Positions 9,552 through 17,239 of a stretch of 64,000 nt of DNA are shown one piece after another. How positions within the stretch are numbered: the stretch's first letter is position 1; each line of letters begins with the position of its first letter. The DNA is from an uncultured Agathobaculum sp. GTDB lineage: Bacteria > Bacillota > Clostridia > Oscillospirales > Butyricicoccaceae. Made by a program: the position numbers and the translations under genes. The notes under the pieces are model-generated. The model saw only the letters and a program-made list of their open reading frames with translations, did no database searches and was not told the origin of the DNA. The stretch is from NCBI RefSeq assembly GCF_934504345.1, contig NZ_CAKSVR010000006.1; one strand, 5' to 3'.

Positions 9552-10334
9552 TTGGCAAAAAATAATGTGGGTAAAAAGCCAATTTCTCAGGAAGAATATA
9601 CCACCAATAAGGTGCTCACCGTGTTCAGCGTATGTCTGCTCGGCGTGCTGATCCTTATGGTGCTCGAGCGCCTGCTGGGTTACAGTAGCACCTGGAGCAC
9701 GGGCATGATCGTCACCAAGGTACTGCTCGTTATCAGCGCTGCCGGCGCGGTATGTGGTCTGGTGCTGCTCGGACAGGAGCACGCAGGCAAGCGCAGCAGC
9801 GTGCGCCGCATCGTCTGCGGCCGCAATGTGCTCATCGCGAGCATCGTCGCCATCCTGTTCCTGACGGCCATCAATTACTACGGCACCATGCCCATCAAGG
9901 CGATGTACGTTATCCTGCCGGTGCTGGCGGTGTACTATCTGGTGTACCATTCCTATGCGCCGGAGTTTTTCCTCATCGCGCTGGATACCGGCGTGGGCGT
10001 TGCCGCGATGTGCGTGATCCATCGTGCGCTGAACTCGTCCAACCACGTTTCGCTGGCGTATGTGGCGCTGGGCGGCGCGGCTGTGCTGGCGGTCATCCAG
10101 ATCGTGTGCGCGGCTTCTCTGCGCGGCAAAAAGGGTAAATTCACCTTCCGCGGCAGAAAGATCGACACCCAGTTCAGCAAGAACGCCTATACCATGCTCA
10201 CCGTTACCCCGATCGTGATGGTCGTGCTGGCGGCAGCGGCGCTGTTCGCACCGACCCATGTGATGATCGAGCTGGGTGCGGCAGCAGCATATCTGTTCAT
10301 CACTGCGGTGTACTACACGGTAAAACTGATGTAA
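9552..10334 (+). CDS. Hypothetical polytopic membrane protein (TTG start)
   Basis: 260 aa with about 6 hydrophobic spans and a GGGAG RBS upstream. Confidence 0.6.
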   Translation: MAKNNVGKKPISQEEYTTNKVLTVFSVCLLGVLILMVLERLLGYSSTWSTGMIVTKVLLVISAAGAVCGLVLLGQEHAGKRSSVRRIVCGRNVLIASIVAILFLTAINYYGTMPIKAMYVILPVLAVYYLVYHSYAPEFFLIALDTGVGVAAMCVIHRALNSSNHVSLAYVALGGAAVLAVIQIVCAASLRGKKGKFTFRGRKIDTQFSKNAYTMLTVTPIVMVVLAAAALFAPTHVMIELGAAAAYLFITAVYYTVKLM

Positions 10335-10343
10335 TGGCCTGCC

Positions 10344-10485
10344 GTCCGAAAGCTCCCATGCGGGAACCTTCTCCCTCTCGGGGTATAAAGACCGGCGCTA
10401 TCCTTGCACGGCTTGTCGGCCGCGCTGCGCTGATGCACGCTCCCGGTTTTTATGGAATGCGCGCTGTCGCGCGGGATAATTTTGA
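10344..10485 (+). repeat. Repeat family C, copy 1
   Basis: About 140 nt highly similar to 26591-26756 (shared ...TTCTCCCTCTC.GGGTATAAA.ACCGGCGCTATCCTTGC.CGGCTT.TCGGCCGCGCTGCGCTG...). Confidence 0.6.
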
Positions 10486-10555
10486 ACCGTATGTATAGAC
10501 AAATATAAGCGGGCGGCGCAGCCGTCCGCTTTGTCATATCCACAGGAGGCGCGGG

Positions 10556-11332
10556 ATGAAACGTTTTTTGGGCTTTGTGCTGACGATGGCGCTGCTGGGC
10601 GGCGGCGTGTTCTGGCTGCCGTATGTGCAGGCTGTGCCGGCGGAGAGTGTCTATCAGGCGGCGGCGCTGCTCACGCAGGAGGCGGAAAACGGCGGCAGCG
10701 GCATGACATTCCGCGATGACGGGCTGGATGCGGATGAGGTATACCGGGCGCTGGAGGCACAGTATCCTTACGCCTTTGCGCTGCACGCGGTAACGCGGCC
10801 CAACCATACCATCGAGCTGACACCCGAGGTATCGAGGCAGGCGCGGCAGGAGCAGGCGCGGGAATACGCCAGAGTGCTGGCGGCGGGCTCGATCTCGCAG
10901 ACCATGACGGCCGAGGAAAAGCTGCGGGCGCTGCACGATATGCTCATCCGCCTGTGCGAATACGATGTGGATACGGCGGCGCTGGATACGCCGGACGGCG
11001 CGGCTGCACCGTTCGCGGCAGACGGTGCGCTGCTCGACCATAAGGCCGTGTGCGCGGGCTACGGCCGCGCATATGAGATGCTGTGCGAGGCGGCGGGCCT
11101 GAAAGTCATCTATGTGGCCTCTGAGGAGATGAACCACGGCTGGAACGCCGTGCGGCTGGGCGGCACGACGTATTACATCGACTGCACGTTTGACGATCCC
11201 ATCCCGGACAGAGGCGAGTATGTGACCGACCGGTATTTTCTGCTGACAGCGGAGGAGCTGGCCGAAACCCACACATGGGATAAGGCATTCTATGAGCAGC
11301 TGCTCGACAGCATGGAGCAGACCGGAAAATAG
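10556..11332 (+). CDS. Secreted transglutaminase-like (papain-fold) domain protein
   Basis: Signal peptide; AVCAGYGRAYEMLC...NHGWNAV...YIDCTFDD matches a Cys-His-Asp transglutaminase core. Confidence 0.8.
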   Translation: MKRFLGFVLTMALLGGGVFWLPYVQAVPAESVYQAAALLTQEAENGGSGMTFRDDGLDADEVYRALEAQYPYAFALHAVTRPNHTIELTPEVSRQARQEQAREYARVLAAGSISQTMTAEEKLRALHDMLIRLCEYDVDTAALDTPDGAAAPFAADGALLDHKAVCAGYGRAYEMLCEAAGLKVIYVASEEMNHGWNAVRLGGTTYYIDCTFDDPIPDRGEYVTDRYFLLTAEELAETHTWDKAFYEQLLDSMEQTGK

Positions 11333-11382
11333 CGGGAAAAACCGGCTCGAAAAATTTTTTTAAAAAAGTTTTGAGAAAAGTG

Positions 11383-11411
11383 TTGACATATCGGCGTTTA
11401 TCGACTATACT
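11383..11411 (+). promoter_or_regulatory. tRNA operon promoter TTGACA-17-TATACT with AT-rich UP-like tract
   Basis: Consensus hexamers 44 nt upstream of tRNA-Met, preceded by AAAAATTTTTTTAAAAAAG. Confidence 0.65.
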
Positions 11412-11454
11412 AAACAAGTCGCCAGCGAACGGGCGATGAAATGGAAAAGGATAT

Positions 11455-11531
11455 GGCGGTATAGCTTAGTTGGCTAGAGCGTCCGGTTCATACCCGGAAG
11501 GTCATTGGTTCAAGTCCAATTACCGCTACCA
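11455..11531 (+). tRNA. tRNA-Met (anticodon CAT, elongator-like; tRNA-Ile2 not excluded)
   Basis: Hand-folded cloverleaf: acceptor GGCGGTA/TACCGCT, anticodon arm TCCGG-TTCATAC-CCGGA, T loop TTCAAGT, encoded CCA. Confidence 0.9.
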
Positions 11532-11543
11532 CTTTTTTCTCTT

Positions 11544-11618
11544 GGCCCGTTGGTCAAGCGGTCAAGACACCGCCCTTTCACGGCGGTAACGGGGGTTCGA
11601 TTCCCCCACGGGTCACCA
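11544..11618 (+). tRNA. tRNA-Glu (anticodon TTC)
   Basis: Cloverleaf: acceptor GGCCCGT/ACGGGTC, anticodon arm CCGCC-CTTTCAC-GGCGG, T arm GGGGG-TTCGATT-CCCCC, CCA. Confidence 0.92.
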
Positions 11619-11621
11619 GAT

Positions 11622-11697
11622 GGAAGTTTAGCTCAGCTGGGAGAGCATCTGCCTTACAAGCAGAGGGTCACAGGTTCGAGCCCTGTAACTTCCACCA
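11622..11697 (+). tRNA. tRNA-Val (anticodon TAC)
   Basis: Cloverleaf: acceptor GGAAGTT/AACTTCC, anticodon loop CTTACAA, T arm ACAGG-TTCGAGC-CCTGT, CCA. Confidence 0.92.
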
Positions 11698-11704
11698 AGT
11701 TCAA

Positions 11705-11736
11705 GGCACTCACGAAAGTGAGTGCCTTTTCTTTTT
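11705..11736 (+). terminator. Intrinsic terminator of the tRNA operon
   Basis: GGCACTCAC-GAAA-GTGAGTGCC followed by TTTTCTTTTT. Confidence 0.85.
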
Positions 11737-11757
11737 GCCTGAGAGGAAATCAACCGC

Positions 11758-12506
11758 CTTTTCGGCACGCTGCTGTCCGGTGCACGCGAGGTGCGTGAGC
11801 GCTACGCCGTAACCGGGCGGCAGTCTTTTTCTCGGCACCCTTTTACTGGTGCACACGAGTTGCGTAAGCAATACGCCGTTGCCGGGCTGAGGATTTCGCC
11901 GCTTGCGAGCGGCGGGAGAACGGCGCTCCCGCGCGGGGCCTAAGAGGGCAGACAACCTACGGTTTTCCACCCTCTTAGGAAGCTCCCCTTTTCCCTTTTG
12001 GGATACCTCGGAGCGACGGAACGTTCCGTTCCTACTTAGAGGTGGGACCGAAAAAAGGAACGGCAGTACCGTTACCAGCTTGTAGGCCGCAAAGCGCCAT
12101 TCCTTTCACAGCTACGCTCAAGCCGCTAAAGCTCTGCTACACCCAGTTACGCAAAACCCGTGCAATCTGCCGCGATAACGCCGCAACAGCGCAGAAAACG
12201 TGAGCCGATACCGTTCCTTTATGCGAGTTACCTATGAAGTAGAGCCGTAAGGCTCGTTCGCGAGGTTGCCAAGGGAAAGGTAGGAGTTCAAAGAGGGAGG
12301 GAAACCGTAGGTGTTCCTCCCTTTTTGCGCCCGCCGCGCGAGCGGCCCGTTCCCGCCGTCCGCAGACGGCGAAACTCCCCAGCCCGGAAACGGCGTATCG
12401 CTAACGCAACTCGGTTGCACCACAAAACGGCTGCCGAGGAAAGGGCTGCCGCCCGGTTACGGCGTATTGCTTACGCAACTCGTGTGCACCGGAGAACGGG
12501 CTGCCG
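11758..12506 (+). repeat. Repeat family A, copy A1 (full-length, about 750 bp nested imperfect palindrome)
   Basis: Left arm 11758-12075 is the inverted repeat of right arm 12195-12506. The outer arms each carry two tandem ~66-nt units. The core is shared with 23064-23350, 29241-29706 and 41470-42147. Confidence 0.85.
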
Positions 12507-12548
12507 CTGGATTGCGGTTAAATCCCGCCTGCTTCACACAAACTACGT

Positions 12549-12577
12549 TTGCGTTACTCCCGCTTATACGGTATAAT
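12549..12577 (+). promoter_or_regulatory. Candidate promoter TTGCGT-17-TATAAT for the M16 peptidase pair
   Basis: Hexamers 40 nt upstream of the ATG at 12617. Confidence 0.5.
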
Positions 12578-12616
12578 ATTACCTATTGGACAATCTTTCC
12601 GGAATCGAGGGAAATT

Positions 12617-13900
12617 ATGCAACAAGTGACCCGAAAAAAGCTGGGTGCCGGGGTGAATCTCACCTGCATCACCACGCCGAAGTTCAAGCGGGCTGTGCTG
12701 CGCGCTATGCTGGTGCTGCCGCTCGGCGGCGAGGATGCCGCGCTGCGCGCGTGTCTGCCGCAGGTGCTGCGCCGCGGTACGGCCATGCTGCACGATATGC
12801 GGGCGTTCGGCACGGCGCTCGATGAGCTCTACGGCGCACGCATCGAGGCCGCTGTCCGCAAGGAGGGCGAAAACCTGTGCATCGGCTTTCTGTCGGACTG
12901 CATCGATGAAGCCTACGCACCGGGCGCGGACGGCCTGACCGCCGGTGTCATCGGTCTGCTGACCGACCTGCTGTGCGACCCGTATCTTCAGGACGGCCTG
13001 TTCTGTGCGGCCTATGTGGACGGCGAACGCGGCAACCTGATCGACCGCATCGCTTCGCTCAAAAACGACCCGCGCTCGTGGGCGCCGCGCCGTTTGAACG
13101 AAATTATGTGCGAGAATGAGGCCTATGGTCAGTCCGCGCTCGGCACGGCGGAGCAGGCGGCGCGCATCACGCCGGAAACGCTGTACGCGGCGTACCGCCG
13201 GGCGCTGCGCGAGGCGCAGGTGGAGTTGTTCTACTGCGGCACGATGCAGCCGGACGACATCGCGGCGCTGTTTGCGGCCACGCCGCTGGCTCAGCCGAGA
13301 GAGGGCACGCTGTATCAGCCGCACACAGTCGTGCAGGCACGGCCTGCCGGTCCGGTCCGCGAGGTCATCGAGGAGGCGCAGGTGACACAGGGCAAGCTGT
13401 CGCTCGGCTTCCGTACGGGCGGCGCGGCGCTCACCGAGGGCGATGCCCCGGCGTTCTGGCTGTTCCAGACCATCTACGGCGGTTCGACCAGCGCCAAGCT
13501 GTTCCTCAATGTGCGCGAGAAAAAATCGCTGTGCTACTATGCGAGTGCACAGTTCGTGGCTTCCAAGGGCCTGATGATCGTCAATTCCGGCATCGAGAAC
13601 AGAAATTTCGAGGTCGCACGCGACGAGATCCTGCACCAGCTGGAGGTCTGCCGCACGGGCGGCATCACCGAGAGCGAGCTCGAGAGCGCCCGCAAAACGC
13701 TGGTGAACAGCTGGCGCACCATGCTGGACGACCCGCTCACGCTCGAGCGCTACTGGCTGGGACAGGCGGCTGCGGGTACGCTCGTATCGCCCGAGGCGCG
13801 CATTGACCAGATGGCCGATGTGGATCTTGCGCGTGTCATCACTGCCGCGCAGAACACGGCGCTCGACACGGTATTCTTTATGAAAGGGGCGGCACAATGA
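12617..13900 (+). CDS. M16 (insulinase/pitrilysin) family protein, non-catalytic subunit type (no HxxEH)
   Basis: MQQVTRKKLGAGVNL...; M16 fold without the zinc motif. The ORF-track N-terminal extension (12311-12616) is translated repeat A1. Confidence 0.85.
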   Translation: MQQVTRKKLGAGVNLTCITTPKFKRAVLRAMLVLPLGGEDAALRACLPQVLRRGTAMLHDMRAFGTALDELYGARIEAAVRKEGENLCIGFLSDCIDEAYAPGADGLTAGVIGLLTDLLCDPYLQDGLFCAAYVDGERGNLIDRIASLKNDPRSWAPRRLNEIMCENEAYGQSALGTAEQAARITPETLYAAYRRALREAQVELFYCGTMQPDDIAALFAATPLAQPREGTLYQPHTVVQARPAGPVREVIEEAQVTQGKLSLGFRTGGAALTEGDAPAFWLFQTIYGGSTSAKLFLNVREKKSLCYYASAQFVASKGLMIVNSGIENRNFEVARDEILHQLEVCRTGGITESELESARKTLVNSWRTMLDDPLTLERYWLGQAAAGTLVSPEARIDQMADVDLARVITAAQNTALDTVFFMKGAAQ

Positions 13901-15159
13901 CGAAAAACTATTCCGCCCTGCACGAAAAGGTGCAGATGCACACGCTGGAAAACGGTCTGCGCGTATGTTATCTGCCCAAGGAGGGCTTCAGTAAGACGTT
14001 TGCCATCCTCGCGACCGATTTCGGCTCGGTGGATGCCTCATTCACCTTTGAGGGCAAACGATACGACACGCCGGCGGGCGTGGCGCACTTCCTCGAGCAC
14101 AAAATGTTCGAGGACGAGGACGGAAACGCGCTCCAGAAGTTCGCCCGCACGGGCGCGAGCCCGAATGCCTTCACCAGCCACACGATGACGGCGTATCACT
14201 TCTCCTGCACCGACCGGTTTGAGGAGAATCTGGAGATTTTGCTCAAATTCGTGTTCACGCCGTATTTTACGGATGAAAACGTGGAGAAAGAGCGCGGCAT
14301 CATCGGTCAGGAGATACGCATGGTGGAGGACACACCCGGCTGGGAGGTGTTCGTCGGCCTGTATGAGGCGCTGTACCGCAATCATCCGGTGCGCGTGTCC
14401 ATTCCGGGCAGCGAGGAGAGCATTTCGCACATCACGCCGGAGCTGCTGTATACCTGTCACCGCGCGTTTTACAGCCCGAAGAACATGGCGCTCGTGGTGT
14501 GCGGCACGGCGGATTTCGAGCAGGTCTGCCGCATGGCGGAGCAGCTTTCGCCGGGGGATGCGCCCGCGATCGGGCAGCGGCACTACGGCGAGCGCCGCAC
14601 GGCGGTCAACGAGTCGGTCGTGACACGAAAAATGCAGGTCGCACTGCCGCAGATGATGGTGGGCTTCAAGGACGAACCGCTCCGCGTGGGCGAGAGCCGT
14701 CTGCGCCGCAGCCTGATCGGGGATCTGGCCGTTCGTATCGTGTGCGGCGATACCGCGCCGCTGTACGCCGAGCTGTACGAGAAGCGCCTGATCGGACGCG
14801 ACTTTGATGTGGATTACAGCATCATCCCGGACGGCGCGTGCGCGATATTCAGCGGCGAGAGCCGCGACCCGGATGCCGTGCGTGCGGCCGTCGAGCGGGA
14901 GGTCGCGCGGCTGGCGAAGGAGGGCATCGAGCCCGCGCTGTTCACCCGCATGAAGAACGCGCTGTACGGAATGCGCCTGCGCGTGCTCGATGTGCCGGAC
15001 TCCTATGCCCGGCAGGAGATCGCCGCGATATTCGCAGGCGAGCATTATGCGGACTTTGCGGCGCAGTTCGACACCATCACACCGGAGGATGTGCAGGCGG
15101 CGTATGCCTGCTGGTCGCAGCCGGAGCGGTCGTGTATGTCGGTGGTAGAGCCGAAATAA
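13897..15159 (+). CDS. M16 family zinc peptidase (HFLEH motif)
   Basis: GVAHFLEHKMFED zinc motif. ATGA overlap with the preceding M16 gene (YmfF/YmfH-like pair). Confidence 0.88.
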   Translation: MTKNYSALHEKVQMHTLENGLRVCYLPKEGFSKTFAILATDFGSVDASFTFEGKRYDTPAGVAHFLEHKMFEDEDGNALQKFARTGASPNAFTSHTMTAYHFSCTDRFEENLEILLKFVFTPYFTDENVEKERGIIGQEIRMVEDTPGWEVFVGLYEALYRNHPVRVSIPGSEESISHITPELLYTCHRAFYSPKNMALVVCGTADFEQVCRMAEQLSPGDAPAIGQRHYGERRTAVNESVVTRKMQVALPQMMVGFKDEPLRVGESRLRRSLIGDLAVRIVCGDTAPLYAELYEKRLIGRDFDVDYSIIPDGACAIFSGESRDPDAVRAAVEREVARLAKEGIEPALFTRMKNALYGMRLRVLDVPDSYARQEIAAIFAGEHYADFAAQFDTITPEDVQAAYACWSQPERSCMSVVEPK

Positions 15160-15181
15160 GGACAACAAGAGGGAAATCATC

Positions 15182-16006
15182 ATGGAACACGCAATTTCAT
15201 TTCCGGCGCTCGGCCTGAGCTTTGACATCAACCGGGTGGCCGTCAACCTGTTCGGCAAGGATATTTACTGGTATGGCATCATCATCTGTGTCGGCTTCGT
15301 GCTGGCGGCGCTGTATGTCAACAGGCGCACCAGCGAGTTCGGCATGACCTCGGATAATCTGGTGGACTGCCTGATCATTTGTGTGCCGGTCGGTATCGTC
15401 TGCGCCCGTATCTACTATGTGGCGTTCGAATGGGGATATTACAGCCAGCATCCAAACGAGATCATCGCCATCTGGAAAGGCGGCATCGCCATTTACGGCG
15501 CGGTGCTCGGCGTTGTGGCCGCGCTGGCGATTTACAGCCGGGTCAAAAGGCTGTCGTTTGCCAGCCTGTGCGATCTGGCGGCATTCGGTCTGCTCATCGG
15601 CCAGTGCATTGGACGCTGGGGTAATTTCGTCAACGGAGAGGCGCACGGCGGCGAAACCTCTCTGCCGTGGGGCATGAGCATTGACGGTGCGAACCCGGTT
15701 CACCCGACGTTCCTGTACGAGTCGCTGTGGAATCTGGTGGGCTTTGCCGCGCTGCATATCTACTCGAAAAAGCGCAGATTCAAGGGCGAGATGGCGCTGC
15801 TGTATGTGGCGTGGTACGGTCTTGGCCGCGCGTGGATCGAGGGCCTGCGGACGGACAGCCTGTATCTGGGTCCGGTGCGCGTGTCGCAGCTGCTCGCGGC
15901 GGTGAGCTTCATCGCGGCGGTCGCCGTGCTGGTGCGCCGGTATAACCGCATCAAGGTTGAGAAGGCGTTCTATACAGCGGATAAAACAGAAGAAAAAGGC
16001 GAATGA
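15182..16006 (+). CDS. lgt: Prolipoprotein diacylglyceryl transferase
   Basis: Lgt motifs GRWGNFVNGEAHG and HPTFLYESLWN. Confidence 0.95.
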   Translation: MEHAISFPALGLSFDINRVAVNLFGKDIYWYGIIICVGFVLAALYVNRRTSEFGMTSDNLVDCLIICVPVGIVCARIYYVAFEWGYYSQHPNEIIAIWKGGIAIYGAVLGVVAALAIYSRVKRLSFASLCDLAAFGLLIGQCIGRWGNFVNGEAHGGETSLPWGMSIDGANPVHPTFLYESLWNLVGFAALHIYSKKRRFKGEMALLYVAWYGLGRAWIEGLRTDSLYLGPVRVSQLLAAVSFIAAVAVLVRRYNRIKVEKAFYTADKTEEKGE

Positions 16007-16033
16007 TCGCCGACACATAAGGAGAGGAACAAT

Positions 16034-16888
16034 ATGAGTGCAGTAAGAATGGACGGCAAGGCGCTGTCCGCCAAGGTGCGCGGCAGCATTCTGGCGGAAA
16101 CCGAGGCGCTGAAAAAGCAGGGCATCACGCCGGGTCTGGCGGTCATCATCGTCGGCAACGACCCCGCAAGTGAAATTTATGTCCGCAACAAGGAGCGCGC
16201 GTGCGAGCAGTGCGGCTTTTACAGCGAGAAGTACGCGCTGCCCGAGGAAACCACGCAGGAGGAGCTGCTCGGTCTGATCGCGCAGCTGAACGAGAGCCCG
16301 GCCATCTCGGGTATCCTGTGCCAGATGCCGGTGCCGAAGCACATCTCCGAGCAGGCCGTTATCGATGCCATTGACCCGAAAAAGGATGTTGATGCGTTCC
16401 ATCCGGTCAATGTCGGCAAGATCATGGTCGGCAATTTCGATTTCGTACCGTGTACGCCGGCGGGCGTGATGGAGCTGCTCGACGAGTACAGCATTGATCC
16501 CAAGGGCAAGGAATGCGTGGTCGTCGGCCGCTCGAACATCGTCGGCAAGCCGATGAGTATGCTGCTGCTGCACCGTCACGGCACGGTCACCATCTGCCAC
16601 AGCCGCACGCAGGATCTCGCGGAGGTCTGCCGCCGCGCGGATATTCTGGTCGCTGCTGTCGGCAAAGCGGGCTTCATCACGCCCGATATGGTCAAGGAGG
16701 GCGCGGTCGTTATCGATGTCGGCATCAACCGCAACGCCGAGGGCAAGGTCTGCGGCGATGTGGCTCCCGAGGTGATGGAGAAGGCCTCCTATATGACGCC
16801 GGTCCCGGGCGGCGCCGGCCCGATGACCATTACCATGCTGATGAAGAATACGCTCAAGGCGGCAAAGCTCCAGCACGGCATTCAGTAA
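16034..16888 (+). CDS. folD: Bifunctional methylenetetrahydrofolate dehydrogenase/cyclohydrolase
   Basis: FolD family: GKALS..., [12 protein letters not shown] and [11 protein letters not shown]. Confidence 0.96.
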   Translation: MSAVRMDGKALSAKVRGSILAETEALKKQGITPGLAVIIVGNDPASEIYVRNKERACEQCGFYSEKYALPEETTQEELLGLIAQLNESPAISGILCQMPVPKHISEQAVIDAIDPKKDVDAFHPVNVGKIMVGNFDFVPCTPAGVMELLDEYSIDPKGKECVVVGRSNIVGKPMSMLLLHRHGTVTICHSRTQDLAEVCRRADILVAAVGKAGFITPDMVKEGAVVIDVGINRNAEGKVCGDVAPEVMEKASYMTPVPGGAGPMTITMLMKNTLKAAKLQHGIQ

Positions 16889-16895
16889 ACAAAAA

Positions 16896-16932
16896 CCGCC
16901 CGTATCCGGGTTGACAATCCGGATACGGGCGG
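16896..16932. terminator. 14-bp perfect hairpin after folD, flanked by an A5 run (T5 on minus); its loop contains a -35 hexamer
   Basis: CCGCCCGTATCCGG-GTTGACAAT-CCGGATACGGGCGG. The T-run is on the minus side, so it is best placed to stop leftward toxin transcription; it may also stop folD. Confidence 0.6.
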
Positions 16933-16939
16933 GTATACT
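16911..16939 (+). promoter_or_regulatory. Consensus promoter TTGACA-17-TATACT (antitoxin-like RNA 1)
   Basis: Hexamers at 16911-16916 and 16934-16939. Confidence 0.65.
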
Positions 16940-16945
16940 AAAGAT

Positions 16946-17037
16946 AACGAAAGGTGCTGCCGGTAGACGGTCAGCCCCTAAAATTGTGGAAAGAAGTAAT
17001 CGCACATGTAGGAGTGTCGGCGGTTACTTCTTTTTTG
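16946..17037 (+). ncRNA. Candidate type I antitoxin sRNA 1 (about 90 nt; ends approximate)
   Basis: Runs from the consensus promoter to the terminator AAGAAGTAATCGC...GCGGTTACTTCTT+T6. No ORF with an RBS. Its 3' part is antisense to the end of toxin ORF 1. Confidence 0.5.
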
Positions 17038-17095
17038 TTCCTAAAATACGCTCAATGAGTACGAGTATCACTACAAGTATTACGAGATATTCCAT
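17024..17095 (-). CDS. Candidate type I toxin peptide, 23 aa: MEYLVILVVILVLIERILGTKKK
   Basis: ATG at 17095 preceded by GGGGGTGG 6 nt upstream. Hydrophobic helix plus a KKK tail. The TAA stop lies inside the terminator stem. Below the ORF-track size cutoff. Confidence 0.6.
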   Translation of the reverse strand: MEYLVILVVILVLIERILGTKKK

Positions 17096-17165
17096 AGAAC
17101 CACCCCCTTGCAGGGGCAAGACTTAACCGCCTACCGCAGGCGCGGCAGCACCTTTCTTAACGACA

Positions 17166-17194
17166 AGTATAACAGAGTTCGACAGAATACGCAA
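17166..17194 (-). promoter_or_regulatory. Minus-strand promoter TTGCGT-17-TATACT (toxin 1 mRNA)
   Basis: Reverse complement of 17189-17194 and 17166-17171. Confidence 0.55.
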
Positions 17195-17204
17195 TATGGC
17201 ATAC

Positions 17205-17233
17205 TTGACAATCAAGGTGCGGGCGGGTATACT
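17205..17233 (+). promoter_or_regulatory. Consensus promoter TTGACA-17-TATACT (antitoxin-like RNA 2)
   Basis: Hexamers at 17205-17210 and 17228-17233, divergent from the toxin 1 promoter. Confidence 0.65.
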
Positions 17234-17239
17234 AAAGAT

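Noticed and set aside
11758-11892. Possible CRISPR array suggested by ~66-nt tandem repeats
   Set aside because: The units abut one another without unique spacers. They are mirrored in inverted orientation on the other arm. No cas genes are present in the window.
11455-12560. Integrated mobile element or prophage remnant at the tRNA cluster
   Set aside because: No integrase, no att-like duplication of a tRNA 3' end, and no cargo genes. The material after the tRNAs is entirely the non-coding family A repeat.
11710-12616. ORFs inside repeat A1 (11710..11970, 11903..12085, 12232..12423) and the N-terminal 102 codons of track ORF 12311..13900
   Set aside because: They translate tandem and inverted DNA repeats, giving periodic peptides such as PGNGVSLTQLGCT. 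The frames are not conserved between A copies. The real M16 gene starts at 12617 with its own promoter. The same applies to ORFs across 23055-23626, 26201-26715, 29061-29791, 40859-42623 and 46644-46838.
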